Of a DNA stretch of 64,000 bases, positions 9,492 through 19,328 are shown piece after piece (the stretch's first letter is position 1; every line of letters begins with the position of its first letter). Position numbers and translations under genes: made by a program. This DNA comes from Candidatus Spongiisociaceae bacterium (GTDB lineage Bacteria > Actinomycetota > Acidimicrobiia > Spongiisociales > Spongiisociaceae). The notes beneath the pieces are model-generated. The model was not told where the DNA came from and made no database searches. It saw nothing but the letters and a program-made list of their open reading frames with translations. The stretch spans positions 1,088,001-1,152,000 of the forward strand of contig CBDCOH010000002.1 in the NCBI GenBank assembly GCA_965219685.1, written 5' to 3'.

Positions 9492-10052
9492 ATGGACCTG
9501 GAACGGTATGTCGCCGAACGATCGAGCGTGAACGGTGACATCGTCAACGTCGACACGTTCGTAAACCACCGGGTCGATGCCCGGGTGATGGCGGAGATCG
9601 CCGAGCGGATCGTCGCGATAGCCGATCCGCTCCGGCCCGACGTGATCGTCACCGCCGAGGCGAGCGGGATTCCGCCCGCCCTGCTGACCGCGGCAGAGTT
9701 GGGATTGCCCATGATCTATGCCAAGAAATACGTCCTCCCCGGGCCGAGGGAGGCGGTGAGCAGGGAGGTCGGGTCCGCTACCAAGGGTTTCGAGTACACG
9801 ATCGAGATCCGGCGCCGGGTGATGGAGCCCGGTCTCCGGGTCTTGGTCGTCGACGACTTCCTGGCTCAGGGAAGGACCGCGCTGGCCCTGGGCGAGATCG
9901 TCGAGGAGCTCGGATGCCGGATGCTGGGAGCGGTGTTCGCGATCGAGAAGTCCTGGGTGAGGGGACGACGGTTGCTGGAGGACCGCGGCTGGCCGGTCTG
10001 GTCGGTGATCGAGATCATGTCCGTGGACGGGGGCGTGATCCGGTTTGCCTGA
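9492..10052 (+). CDS. xpt: Xanthine phosphoribosyltransferase
   Basis: VDTFVNHRVD, TAEASGI, YAKK, PRPP motif VLVVDDFLAQG, IEKS. Start taken at ATG 9492 (ORF track begins 9459). Confidence 0.85.
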   Translation: MDLERYVAERSSVNGDIVNVDTFVNHRVDARVMAEIAERIVAIADPLRPDVIVTAEASGIPPALLTAAELGLPMIYAKKYVLPGPREAVSREVGSATKGFEYTIEIRRRVMEPGLRVLVVDDFLAQGRTALALGEIVEELGCRMLGAVFAIEKSWVRGRRLLEDRGWPVWSVIEIMSVDGGVIRFA

Positions 10053-10515
10053 AGGGGCGATATCGCTGGCCCGGATCGTCGACCTGCTCCGGGCACATAC
10101 AGGCAACGGTTGCTTCGCCTGCGGCCTTGCCAATCCGATCGGGCTCCATGTCGACGGATTCGTGGAACAGGGCGGGGACATCATGGCGCGTTTCACGGCA
10201 CGTACCGACCTTCAGGGAGTGATAGGGGTTCTCCACGGTGGGATCGCCGCCACGGCTCTGGACGAGATACTGGTCTGGGCGGGGATCATCCAGGAGAAGG
10301 TACTGACAGTCACGGCCAAACTTGATCTGCGCTACCGGCGTCCCGTGAGGAATCTGGACGGACCCATCGAGTTGCGGGCGCGGGTCGACGAGCGCCGCGG
10401 CAGGCGGTTGCGTATGAGCGGAGAGTTGGACGCGGGCGACGGGAGGGTGGCCGTGTCCGCCTCGGGGCTCTACCTGGTGAGCCACAACGTGGCAGACCTG
10501 ATGGAGTCCGCCTGA
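10045..10515 (+). CDS. PaaI family hot-dog thioesterase
   Basis: CFACG..NP.GL, GVLHGGIAATALDE, TAKLDLRYRRP. Confidence 0.88.
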   Translation: MPEGAISLARIVDLLRAHTGNGCFACGLANPIGLHVDGFVEQGGDIMARFTARTDLQGVIGVLHGGIAATALDEILVWAGIIQEKVLTVTAKLDLRYRRPVRNLDGPIELRARVDERRGRRLRMSGELDAGDGRVAVSASGLYLVSHNVADLMESA

Positions 10516-10567
10516 GGGTCGTGCAGCGGGGAGGGGGCGGAGTGGCGGTGGGTTCCGGCCTCGGGTG

Positions 10568-10888
10568 CTACCGGAGTCCTTCCCCGCCTTCCCGGGAGTC
10601 TCCGTAGTAGGCGAACACATCCGCCCACCGCCGGCGTCGCTCGATGCGGTCGACGAGCCGGGACACCAGCCGGATGCATAGGGTGACCACCAGCAGGCCG
10701 AGGAAGATCCGGCCCGCCAGGGTAGGACCGGTCATGTATGCCGCGTCACACTCGTTGAGACCCCCCTCGCAAAGGCCGTATCCGGTGCCTCCGGTCAGGA
10801 GGTCGACCAGTATGGCCGGGGGGATAACGGCCAGGATAAGGGCGCCGAGGATCAGGAACCCGCGCAGGGCCTTGAGGAAACCGACCAC
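10568..10888 (-). CDS. Small membrane protein (2 TM, Cys pair in the loop)
   Basis: Two hydrophobic helices flanking GGTGYGLCEGGLNEC. Confidence 0.6.
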   Translation of the reverse strand: MVGFLKALRGFLILGALILAVIPPAILVDLLTGGTGYGLCEGGLNECDAAYMTGPTLAGRIFLGLLVVTLCIRLVSRLVDRIERRRRWADVFAYYGDSREGGEGLR

Positions 10889-11101
10889 GTCACCAGTCTA
10901 GAAGGGTGTCGAAAGCGAAACTCGCAGGGGGTCGACGGGTTGGTGGGCGACATGGCCCGAGGTTGTGGGATCGTACACGCACCTTTCTACAGGATCTCAA
11001 GCCTCGTCCGGGCGTCGCGAGCCGGGAAACACACCGCAGAGCGAGTGTCCATATCCGGGGCCGGTGGTGCTCTTGCGCTACCAGCCGCCAGACACCGCGA
11101 C

Positions 11102-11983
11102 TCAGCCCTCCTCGTCCTGGGCTGCGAAGATCGAGTCGTACCCGCCCGACCAGTCCGGAGGGATAAGGCACGGCCGGGGGTCATGATGAGCCCACCGGGC
11201 CGGCTGTCCCCTAATGACCTTGCCGGTGTTGGCGGTCGGCTGAGGATGGGCGGTGTAGGGGAAGGCATCGGCCGAGGCGTAGGCGTTGAGCAGGAGCGGC
11301 CTGCCGCTCGGCCGGCTGGTAGGGGGCGAGCCGTGGACGGTGCGGCAGTTGTGGACCGTTATCGAACCGGCCGGGCCCGTCAGGTAGTCGACGCTGCCGG
11401 CGTCCACGGTGGAGGCGTCCTCCGCCGACAGGCACCCCACCCAGCCCCCGTCCTCGTCGTACTGGTCGAACAGGGGGCCGTTGTGGCTGCCGGGGACCAC
11501 CATGAGAGGTCCGTCGTCCATGCCGGTGTCGGCCAGGTAGGTTCCAATCGTGAGCGGGCTGTAGTTGGTGTGGGGGTAGAACTGGATGTCCTGATGCCAC
11601 TTGACATCGTCGGAGCCGGCGTCCCACTTGAAGTTCAGCTTGGAGTGGTGGAAGACCACGTCCGGTCCCACGAGGTCGGCGGCCACATCCGCGATGAGGC
11701 CCGTGGCGAACCCCCAGTACTCCTCGTGGAGCCGGTCCGGCATCTTGAGCCGCCTGATCTTGGGAGAGTCGGCGCTGTGATCGTCGGCAACGTCGTAGTC
11801 CTCACCGGACCCCGTGATCGAACGGCTCTGCTCCACGAAGTCGTTGGTGACCTCGTTGAGCCGTTTGATCGTTGCGTCCGGGACCAGCGACTCGACGGTG
11901 ACGTACCCGCGCTCGAAGTACGACTCCCTTTGGTCCTGGGTCAGCGCTCTCGGAGGCTCGGCAAGAATCTGTTCCGGTGTCAT
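11102..11983 (-). CDS. Phytanoyl-CoA dioxygenase (PhyH) family Fe(II)/2OG dioxygenase
   Basis: KLNFK, WHQD (HxD), GPLMVVPGSH, HNCRTVHGS..R. Confidence 0.9.
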   Translation of the reverse strand: MTPEQILAEPPRALTQDQRESYFERGYVTVESLVPDATIKRLNEVTNDFVEQSRSITGSGEDYDVADDHSADSPKIRRLKMPDRLHEEYWGFATGLIADVAADLVGPDVVFHHSKLNFKWDAGSDDVKWHQDIQFYPHTNYSPLTIGTYLADTGMDDGPLMVVPGSHNGPLFDQYDEDGGWVGCLSAEDASTVDAGSVDYLTGPAGSITVHNCRTVHGSPPTSRPSGRPLLLNAYASADAFPYTAHPQPTANTGKVIRGQPARWAHHDPRPCLIPPDWSGGYDSIFAAQDEEG

Positions 11984-12015
11984 GACGGCAGGTCCCTAGA
12001 TCGCGTGGTTCGTGC

Positions 12016-12813
12016 TCATACGGCTACCGGGGCTCGGATCGCCGGATAGGGGTCGTAGCCGCGCACCCGGAAGTCATCGTAGGAGAACGAGTATAGGTCT
12101 CTGGGCTCAACCGGCAGGTCCACGCGAGGCAGCGGACGCGGCCTCCTGGCCAGCTGTCGGGTGGCCTGCTCGAGATGGTTCGTGTAGAGGTGCACATCCC
12201 CGAACGTGTGGATGAACTCGCCTGGCCGCAGACCGGTGACCCCGGCCACCATCATCAGCAGAAGCGCGTAGGAGGCGATGTTGAAGGGAACGCCGAGGAA
12301 GATGTCGGCGCTGCGTTGGTAGAGCTGCAGGCTGAGACGGCCGTCCGACACGTAGAACTGGAACAGCACGTGGCAGGGGGGAAGGGCCATGCGGGGAAGG
12401 TCTGACACGTTCCAGGCGGAGACGAGCAGCCGGCGACAGCCGGGGTCGGTCCTGATCCTCTGCACGACGTCGGTCAGTTGGTCGATGGTCTCGCCGTCAG
12501 CGCCGGTCCACGAGCGCCACTGGACTCCATAGATCGGTCCGAGATCCCCGGAGAAGGGATCGGCCCACTCGTTCCAGATCGTCACCCCGTGATCGTTCAG
12601 ATAGGCGACGTTGGAGTCCCCGTTGAGGAACCAGAGCAACTCGTGTATGACCGAGCGGACGTGCACCTTCTTGGTGGTGAGCAGGGGGAACCCGTCGTCG
12701 AGGTCGAAACGGAGTTGCCTTCCGAAAAGGCTGTACGTGCCGACGCCCGTGCGGTCCTCCTTCCTGATCCCGTTGTCCCTGACCTCTCTGAGCAAGTCCA
12801 GGTACTGCTGCAT
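12016..12813 (-). CDS. thyA: Thymidylate synthase
   Basis: [52 protein letters not shown]. Confidence 0.98.
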   Translation of the reverse strand: MQQYLDLLREVRDNGIRKEDRTGVGTYSLFGRQLRFDLDDGFPLLTTKKVHVRSVIHELLWFLNGDSNVAYLNDHGVTIWNEWADPFSGDLGPIYGVQWRSWTGADGETIDQLTDVVQRIRTDPGCRRLLVSAWNVSDLPRMALPPCHVLFQFYVSDGRLSLQLYQRSADIFLGVPFNIASYALLLMMVAGVTGLRPGEFIHTFGDVHLYTNHLEQATRQLARRPRPLPRVDLPVEPRDLYSFSYDDFRVRGYDPYPAIRAPVAV

Positions 12814-12917
12814 CGTGCCTCCGAATCACAACCTTGTAATAAAGATAGCCGATCAAGCTAGCGCCTCGACCACGCACGTCGGTGGCGATGGCCTCCATGC
12901 CTTCGCCTGGAGGTCGT

Positions 12918-13658
12918 TCAGAACGCGCTCGACTCTCTCCACTGTTCGAGCACCGCCGGATCACCTTCGACCTGAAGGTTCCCGAGAGGGGTCCGGCTCC
13001 AGAGATACGGGTACAGGTCGGATGCCGTACCGGATACCGTGCAGTCTGCCTTGCCAGGTTCCCGACGACCATGGGCAGTCTCCGGTCCGAACACGGCGGT
13101 CCAGCCTCGATCCACGTCCGTGGCGAACACGCCCAGGGTCATCTCGGTGGACGCGCTCGGGCTCCGGCCCGGGCGGCCGATGAACCATACGAGCAACTCG
13201 TCGATCCCGTCGGCCGCGAGTTCAGGGTCGAAGCCGGTCACGGCGCCGTCCGCAAGTTCCGCGTCGACCCTGTGGATGGAGGTCTCGTGCGTTTGGCGCC
13301 GGGCCCAGAAGTCCCGCGGCGAAGGCGCGTCCATGATGGTCCAGCACCGCAGGTCGGGAGGAGCGCTCGCCAGGGCCGCGACCACGCGCTCGTGTCCTTC
13401 GCGGAACCAGCCGGCAAGACCGGTGTCGGAGGGCCATCCCCCGGGAATGACCTCCTGGCGACTGCTGGGCGGTTCCGTCCGGCCATCCGAGATCATGAGC
13501 CCCGCCCAGCGATGGACCCAGCCGGTGTGTCGCACCAGGTCGCGGACCAGCCAGTCCGGGCAACTGGGCACCGGTACGTCGGGACCGACCCGGCCGACGA
13601 CCTCCGCCATCCGCGCCCCCTCCCTGCGGAGGGCATCCATCCAGGTCCCGAAATCCAT
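12918..13658 (-). CDS. Mycothiol-dependent maleylpyruvate isomerase (MDMPI) family protein
   Basis: VPSCPDW.VRDLVRH, FWARRQTHETSIHRVD, DGIDELL. Confidence 0.88.
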   Translation of the reverse strand: MDFGTWMDALRREGARMAEVVGRVGPDVPVPSCPDWLVRDLVRHTGWVHRWAGLMISDGRTEPPSSRQEVIPGGWPSDTGLAGWFREGHERVVAALASAPPDLRCWTIMDAPSPRDFWARRQTHETSIHRVDAELADGAVTGFDPELAADGIDELLVWFIGRPGRSPSASTEMTLGVFATDVDRGWTAVFGPETAHGRREPGKADCTVSGTASDLYPYLWSRTPLGNLQVEGDPAVLEQWRESSAF

Positions 13659-13663
13659 ACCCG

Positions 13664-13879
13664 CTAGCCGCCCGCCAGCGGGATGCGTAACACCAGATGG
13701 TCGTCCTCCACCGACCAGGCCGCGCTACCGACCAGCATGTAGTCGGTGTGGTCCCGTTCGGCCTGCTCAATGAAGGCCCGGCGTCCCTCCCCCGCAACGG
13801 GCGGCAGGCCGCGCTGGCGGACCGCCTCGGCCCGTGAACGGAACCGCTCGAGCATCGCGTCGACATCGAACTGAGCCAA
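13664..13879 (-). CDS. Small hypothetical protein
   Basis: 71 aa, TTG start with AGGGA RBS, tightly packed upstream of the MDMPI gene. Confidence 0.65.
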   Translation of the reverse strand: MAQFDVDAMLERFRSRAEAVRQRGLPPVAGEGRRAFIEQAERDHTDYMLVGSAAWSVEDDHLVLRIPLAGG

Positions 13880-13971
13880 GTTGTTCCCTCCTACGAATCG
13901 GTGTCAACAGTAGCCGGTGGTCGGTGGGATACGAGGAGGACCGGGATGGCTCCGACCCGGCTGCTCAGGTT

Positions 13972-15087
13972 TCAGGGAACGGGTGTGACCACGACGGGTC
14001 CGAAGGGATCGGGAATACGGGGAGGCTTCCGTTCGGCAAGCGAACGCAGCCCATCGGTGGCTATGTAGTAACGGCCCCTGCGTTCTCCGACGGCCTCCAG
14101 GAAGCCGAGATCCACGAGTCTCCTTAGGTCCGACGTGGCCACCCGTTCGCTGACATCGGCATAGTCCACGTGATCGGCTCGCCGTAGCCGGAATCCCATC
14201 GCCGCGTTGTAGAGGGAGCCCATGTTTCGTTCGTCTAGACGCGCCCGGGAACGCGACTCGGATATCCGGTCCCACACCCGGTCGGCCTCCTCCACCCTCC
14301 AAGCCATCAGGTGGGCTCGGTAGTGATGCGCGGTGAGGACGAAACGGATCCAGGGTCGCGTATCCCGTACCGGGTTCCGGTTATTACCTCCGACATCAGC
14401 CAGGACCTGGTAGTAGGTGGGAGTGTTGTGTCCCAGATACTCCTCGATGCTTGAGAAGCGCGGATCCAGGGCACCTTCGCGTCCAAGGACGAGGGTCTGG
14501 AGAGCACGCGACATCCGGCCGTTCCCGTCCTTGAAGGGGTGGATCATGATCAGGTTGAGATGCGCCATCGCAGCCCTTATCAGCAGTTCACCCGGGTTGG
14601 TTTCATCGTTCAAGTGGTCCATCAACTCGTCGGCCAGAACGGGCACAACCTCAGGGTCGGGCCCCTGGTACTCGCCGACGAAGATGTCCCCACGCCGGTA
14701 CCGGCCGGGTTCACACTCCGGATCGTGCTTCATCATCAGGTAGTGGATGCTCCGGACAAGCGAGGTGTTGTAGGAGAAGTGAGGATCGCCGGCGAGCTGG
14801 ATGATGAACGTCATCGCTTCTTGATAGCCACTCACGGCCTCCCAGTCGGTCCGGGTTGCCTCGAACGGGTCGGATTGATCCACCGCGGCTTTGGCATCGT
14901 CCCGGCTCACGTGGTGTCCTTCGATGCCGGTGGAGGCGCGGATGTTCCCGGCCGCGACCAACCTACGGAGCAGGCCGTGCCAACGGCGCGGTTCGTGCAG
15001 CAGGTACTGGAGACGGCGCCGGACTTCCTCGATCGAGTCGATCACCTCGCATTCCCGCTCGTCGAGCATGGGCGCTTGGAACAACAC
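13972..15087 (-). CDS. Fic family protein (class II) with C-terminal winged helix
   Basis: Canonical Fic motif HPFKDGNGRMSR, inhibitory motif STGIEG, C-terminal SERVATSDLRRLVDLGFL..GERRGRYY. Start taken at GTG 15087. Confidence 0.9.
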   Translation of the reverse strand: MLFQAPMLDERECEVIDSIEEVRRRLQYLLHEPRRWHGLLRRLVAAGNIRASTGIEGHHVSRDDAKAAVDQSDPFEATRTDWEAVSGYQEAMTFIIQLAGDPHFSYNTSLVRSIHYLMMKHDPECEPGRYRRGDIFVGEYQGPDPEVVPVLADELMDHLNDETNPGELLIRAAMAHLNLIMIHPFKDGNGRMSRALQTLVLGREGALDPRFSSIEEYLGHNTPTYYQVLADVGGNNRNPVRDTRPWIRFVLTAHHYRAHLMAWRVEEADRVWDRISESRSRARLDERNMGSLYNAAMGFRLRRADHVDYADVSERVATSDLRRLVDLGFLEAVGERRGRYYIATDGLRSLAERKPPRIPDPFGPVVVTPVP

Positions 15088-15217
15088 TTCCGTAATTCCT
15101 TGATAAAGAGAAGTTCTTCCTATAATAAAGGAAGGTATCGACGAGGCCAAGCCCGCCCAGGGTTCAGAATCCCGAGTCGGTTGCCTGCTCCTCCCGGTGG
15201 CCGGGAGGGAGATTCAT

Positions 15218-16348
15218 CTACTTGGGTTCCTCAGCTTCCCCGGCGGTCGGCGTGGAATCCTCGGGCTGCCGCTGGCCGATGCCCTCGTCGTATACGTCGT
15301 ACCGCTGGAGGTATGTGGACACGAAGGCCTGGATAATGGCGGCTGCGGGCAGAGCCACCAGCGCTCCAAGGGCTCCGAGCAGGGCGGCGCCGACCAGCAC
15401 GGATCCGAATGCCACCGCGGCGTGCAAGGACATCGTGCGGGCGGTAATCCGGGGGGCGAGCACTATGTTCTCTATCTGCTGGTACACAACCAGCACCGCT
15501 ACAACTACGAGAGCGGTCACCGGGCTCACCGTGAGCGCGACCACCACGGGAACCACCGCGGCAAGGTAGGTTCCTACGGCCGGGATGAACTGGGACACCA
15601 CCCCGACCCAGATGGCCAGGGCAAGCGCGAAAGGGACACCGATTATGAGCAGAGCGATGTAGGTGAAGGCCGCTGAGACGAGTGCGAGGAGAGCTCGCGA
15701 GTAGACGTACCCGCCGGTCTTCTGGATGGCGATTTCCCAGATACGGACGACTTCCGCCTGGCGCTCAGGACGGAAGAGCGACAGGATCAGGCGACGGAAC
15801 CGGGGTCCCTCCGCCAGCATGTAGAACGTGAACAGGGTGATCGTGAACAGCTGCACCACCAATCCGAGCACCTTGCTGCCGATCCCCAGGATTCCGCTGG
15901 CAAGAGAGGCAGCGTAGGTTTGGAGAGCACCCTGCAGGTCGATCATGTCAGCCGAGAGGTTCGAGAGGTTCAGGTCGATGTTGAAACGATCGGAGAGGAA
16001 GCTGCTCACGCTCCCGAGCCACTCAGGCACGTTGGATGCCAGCGACGCCATCTCGATGACGAGTGGTGGCAGGGTGACGGCGACGAACAGGAGGACGAGT
16101 ACTACCGACAAGGAGAAGACCAGCCCGGTCGCCAGGCCCCTCTTCCAGCCGCGCCTGGCCAGGAAGTTGACCGCGGGTTCGAGGGCGAACGAGATGAAGA
16201 ACGAGAGCAGCAGGCTCAGGAGCAGGCTTCGGAGCCGTCCTAGAGACCAGACGAGGGCCATGGTGCCGAGCACTGTGATGACCAGCAGGCCGAGCAAGCG
16301 GGGGATCCAGGGCGGCATTCCGTCGGGGCGACGGGCGGTGTCCTCCAT
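15218..16348 (-). CDS. AI-2E family transporter
   Basis: LEPAVNFL..RG..RGLA, FIPAVG, YQQIEN..LAPRI, GALVALPAAA. Confidence 0.9.
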   Translation of the reverse strand: MEDTARRPDGMPPWIPRLLGLLVITVLGTMALVWSLGRLRSLLLSLLLSFFISFALEPAVNFLARRGWKRGLATGLVFSLSVVLVLLFVAVTLPPLVIEMASLASNVPEWLGSVSSFLSDRFNIDLNLSNLSADMIDLQGALQTYAASLASGILGIGSKVLGLVVQLFTITLFTFYMLAEGPRFRRLILSLFRPERQAEVVRIWEIAIQKTGGYVYSRALLALVSAAFTYIALLIIGVPFALALAIWVGVVSQFIPAVGTYLAAVVPVVVALTVSPVTALVVVAVLVVYQQIENIVLAPRITARTMSLHAAVAFGSVLVGAALLGALGALVALPAAAIIQAFVSTYLQRYDVYDEGIGQRQPEDSTPTAGEAEEPK

Positions 16349-16461
16349 TCCGGCGAGCCTAGTAGGGCCCAATGAGTTCGTGCGGTTGCTCGGGGCGCCG
16401 GCTCGGAGGGCGTCGATAGAGTAGAACCGAAACCGGCGCCGAGACTGGGAATCCCTTCACT

Positions 16462-18405
16462 ATGGAAGCACAAGGAGTTGTCTGGCGGGCAAGCGAAGAG
16501 GACGTAGCCCGCTCGCGTACTGCGGAGTTCATGGCCCTACACGGAATCGATAGCTTCGAGGAGTTGGTCTGCCGTTCCACCGACGACATCGAGTGGTTCT
16601 GGGAAGCGGCCGTCGCGTACCTCGGGATTCCTTTCCCGACTCCCTACCACACCCTCGTCGATGCCTCAGAGGGGCCTGCTTTCCCCCGCTGGTTCCTGGG
16701 CGGGCGTGTCAACGTCTCGGAGGCCTGCGTGGACCGATGGGCCGCTCAGGACCCGGATCGGGTGGCGTTGCTTGCCGAGCGGGAGGACGGTGTCCAGCGT
16801 TCCTACAGCTTCGGGGAGTTGCTCGAGATGGTGGAGCGGGCGGCCGGCGCTCTAGCCCAGGCCGGTGTCTCCAAGGGCGACACCGTGGCGGTGTACCTGT
16901 CGATGGTGCCGGAGGCGGTGGTGGCGATGCTGGCTGCCGCTCGCATAGGAGCCGTCTACGTGCCGATCTTCTCCGGTTTCGGCGCTGAGGCGGTTGCCTC
17001 CCGCATCGAGGCCTGCGCCCCGTCGGTGGTTGTCACGGCCGACGGCTACACCCGGCGCGGCAGACCCATCGCCATGAAGGAGGTAGCGGACAGGGCCCTG
17101 GAGATGGCGGGCGTGACACCGTCGGTGCTCGTTGTCTCCAACTCGGGACGAACCGACACGCCCATGACCCGGGGCCGCGACCGATGGTGGGACGAGGCAC
17201 TCGAGAGCGCCGAGCGATTGCCGGCGATGGCCACATCCAGCGAGGATCCCGTCCTGCTCGCCTACACGTCCGGCACCACCGGCAAGCCCAAGGGAGTGGT
17301 CCATGTGCAGGGCGGGCTCACTGCGAAGCTGGCGGTCGAAGGCGCGTTCCAGTTCGAGATGCAGCCCGAGGACCGGGTGATGTGGATGACCGACATGGGC
17401 TGGATCATGGGACCCTGGACGGTGATGGCCGGCATGGGCAACGGGGCCTCGGTGGTCTGCTACGACGGAGCTCCCGACTACCCGACGCCCGGTAGGCCGT
17501 GGGACCTGGTCGGATCGCTCGGCATCACCATCCTGGGTATCTCGCCCACCCTGGTGCGGGCCCTGCAACCCCACGGCTCCCATCACGCGGCCGACGCCGA
17601 CTTCTCCACGCTGCGTGCGTTCGGCTCCACCGGCGAACCGTGGAACCCGGCCCCGTGGTGGTGGCTGTTCCGCGACGTGGGCGGCGAGAGGTACCCGATC
17701 ATCAACATCTCGGGGGGGACCGAGGTCGGCGCGTGCCTGCTGTCGGTCAACATCCTCCAGGGGATCAAGCCTGTCTCGTTGGGCGGTCCCTCCCTCGGGA
17801 TGGCTGTGGACGTCTACGACCAGGAAGGCCGCCCGATCCGGGAAGAGGTGGGCGAGTTGGTATGCACCAAGACATGGCCGGCCGTCACGCGGGGTTTCTG
17901 GGGAGACGACGACCGCTACTTCGGCACCTACTGGGACCGCTGGCCCGACGTATGGGTGCACGGAGACTGGGCGACGATCGACGCCGACGGCTTCTGGTTC
18001 CTCCACGGACGGTCGGATGACACGCTCAACATCGCAGGAAAGCGGATCGGTCCGGCGGAGGTCGAGTCTGCGGTGGTGGCCCATCCCGATGTGGTCGTGG
18101 CGGCGGCGATCGGTGTTCCCGATCCGGTCAAGGGCGAGGTGATCGCGGTCTTCGTGGTGCCCGCACGCGAGGGAGACGGCGACCGGCTAGCGGCCGAACT
18201 GTCCGATATGGTCGTTAGGACTCTCGGCAAGCCGTTCCGACCCGCCGCCATCAGGTTCGTGGACGACCTACCCCGCACGCGGTCGGCCAAGATCATGCGC
18301 CGCGTGGTCCGGGCCAGGGCGCTGGGCAAGGACACGGGCGACCTAACCAGCCTTGAGAACCCGGCCGCGGTAGAAGCGATCAGCCGCCTTGACATCGGCG
18401 GTTAG
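16462..18405 (+). CDS. Acetate--CoA ligase-like AMP-binding enzyme
   Basis: YTSGTTGKPKG, DMGWIMG, STGEPWN, HGRSDDTLNIAGKRIGPAEVE, LPRTRSAKIMRR. Confidence 0.9.
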   Translation: MEAQGVVWRASEEDVARSRTAEFMALHGIDSFEELVCRSTDDIEWFWEAAVAYLGIPFPTPYHTLVDASEGPAFPRWFLGGRVNVSEACVDRWAAQDPDRVALLAEREDGVQRSYSFGELLEMVERAAGALAQAGVSKGDTVAVYLSMVPEAVVAMLAAARIGAVYVPIFSGFGAEAVASRIEACAPSVVVTADGYTRRGRPIAMKEVADRALEMAGVTPSVLVVSNSGRTDTPMTRGRDRWWDEALESAERLPAMATSSEDPVLLAYTSGTTGKPKGVVHVQGGLTAKLAVEGAFQFEMQPEDRVMWMTDMGWIMGPWTVMAGMGNGASVVCYDGAPDYPTPGRPWDLVGSLGITILGISPTLVRALQPHGSHHAADADFSTLRAFGSTGEPWNPAPWWWLFRDVGGERYPIINISGGTEVGACLLSVNILQGIKPVSLGGPSLGMAVDVYDQEGRPIREEVGELVCTKTWPAVTRGFWGDDDRYFGTYWDRWPDVWVHGDWATIDADGFWFLHGRSDDTLNIAGKRIGPAEVESAVVAHPDVVVAAAIGVPDPVKGEVIAVFVVPAREGDGDRLAAELSDMVVRTLGKPFRPAAIRFVDDLPRTRSAKIMRRVVRARALGKDTGDLTSLENPAAVEAISRLDIGG

Positions 18406-18431
18406 CGGTCTGCCTTCGGAGAACCGCTAAC
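18401..18431. terminator. Stem-loop at the end of the acyl-CoA ligase gene
   Basis: GTTAGCGGT...ACCGCTAAC 9-bp inverted repeat between convergent genes. Confidence 0.5.
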
Positions 18432-18465
18432 TCGTTCGCATCACCGGCGGAGGAGACCGCAGTGG

Positions 18466-18557
18466 TCAGTCCTCATCTCCTTGGACCAAGAGGGCATCGA
18501 CTGCAGCCCGGCGGCTCTGCGGATATCGTAGAGGTACTTCTTGGACTCAAGCTTCAT
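18466..18557 (-). pseudogene. Internally deleted HEPN/DUF86 (HepT-like) toxin gene
   Basis: ATG 18557 overlaps the MNT 3' end and reads MKLESKKYLYDIRRAAGL (DUF86-like N-terminus). It is joined out of frame to VDALLVQGDED* (C-terminus-like). Only 92 nt remain. Confidence 0.7.
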
Positions 18558-18855
18558 AGATGGGAGTCCTGGTCCGTTTTACTGATCGGAGGAAGTAGGG
18601 ATTCCTTACGGCAGACTCCACCACCAGATCAACGGGTCGCCCGAAGAGCCGTCCGAGAGCTTCCAGTAGGCCGAAGTAGCTGTCCGCATAGTTAGCGCGA
18701 GCCGCTGGCTGGAACTCGACCAGAAAGTCCAGATCCCTCGCGTCCGGATCGTGTCGGCCGGTCGAGCCGGACCCGAACAGGTCAAGTCGGCGGACCCCGT
18801 AATGAAGGCACAAACGCCGCAGCTCGCCGGTTCGTTTCTCAACAGCGGGGATCAT
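18547..18855 (-). CDS. Minimal nucleotidyltransferase (MNT/MntA-type antitoxin)
   Basis: LDLFGS......DLDFLVEF, LFGRPVDLV, NPYF. Start taken at ATG 18855. Confidence 0.88.
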   Translation of the reverse strand: MIPAVEKRTGELRRLCLHYGVRRLDLFGSGSTGRHDPDARDLDFLVEFQPAARANYADSYFGLLEALGRLFGRPVDLVVESAVRNPYFLRSVKRTRTPIYEA

Positions 18856-19004
18856 CTCGTGCTCCTCCGTCCTCATCCGCTCCGCCCACCTGCCCATGCC
18901 ATCTCTGCGTTCCTTGCGTCCGGTCTACTTTCGCCATCCCACGGGCATGATACGAGACCACGTTGGAGCGGACATCTCGACGACTGGTGGCGGATCGGTG
19001 TTGC

Positions 19005-19328
19005 TCAGCGGCCCTGCCGTTCCATCACATAGCGTGTCACGCGCAGGATCTGTTCCTCGTTCAGGGTTCCCCGGAAGGACGGCATCCGGCCGATCCCGGC
19101 GGAGATCGACTGGACGAAGTAGCGCTCGGGCTTGTCGATGGAGCGGGCGTCCTCCCCCACCAGGGCGAGCCCGGTCCCGCCCTGCAGATCCTCGCCGTGA
19201 CAGCGGGCGCACACCTGCACGTAGATCTCCTGCCCGGTTGCGTCCTCGGGCACTCCCCCGCCGCCGCACGCATAGATCAGGAGCGTCATGGCGGCGACGA
19301 TCCCCACTCTCAGAACACGGACAATCAC
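19005..19328 (-). CDS. Monoheme cytochrome c lipoprotein
   Basis: Signal peptide ending LIYAC, heme motif CARCH, axial GRMPSF; GTGA overlap with the upstream gene. Confidence 0.85.
   Translation of the reverse strand: MIVRVLRVGIVAAMTLLIYACGGGGVPEDATGQEIYVQVCARCHGEDLQGGTGLALVGEDARSIDKPERYFVQSISAGIGRMPSFRGTLNEEQILRVTRYVMERQGR

Noticed and set aside
10899-10989. Imperfect inverted repeat TAGAAGGGTG...CACCTTTCTA suggesting a MITE
   Set aside because: Short and mismatched, with no second copy in the window.
12825-12840. ATCACA-ACCT-TGTAAT upstream of thyA as an NrdR box or a third copy of the purine operator
   Set aside because: Spacing and half-sites fit neither consensus well, and it is a single copy.
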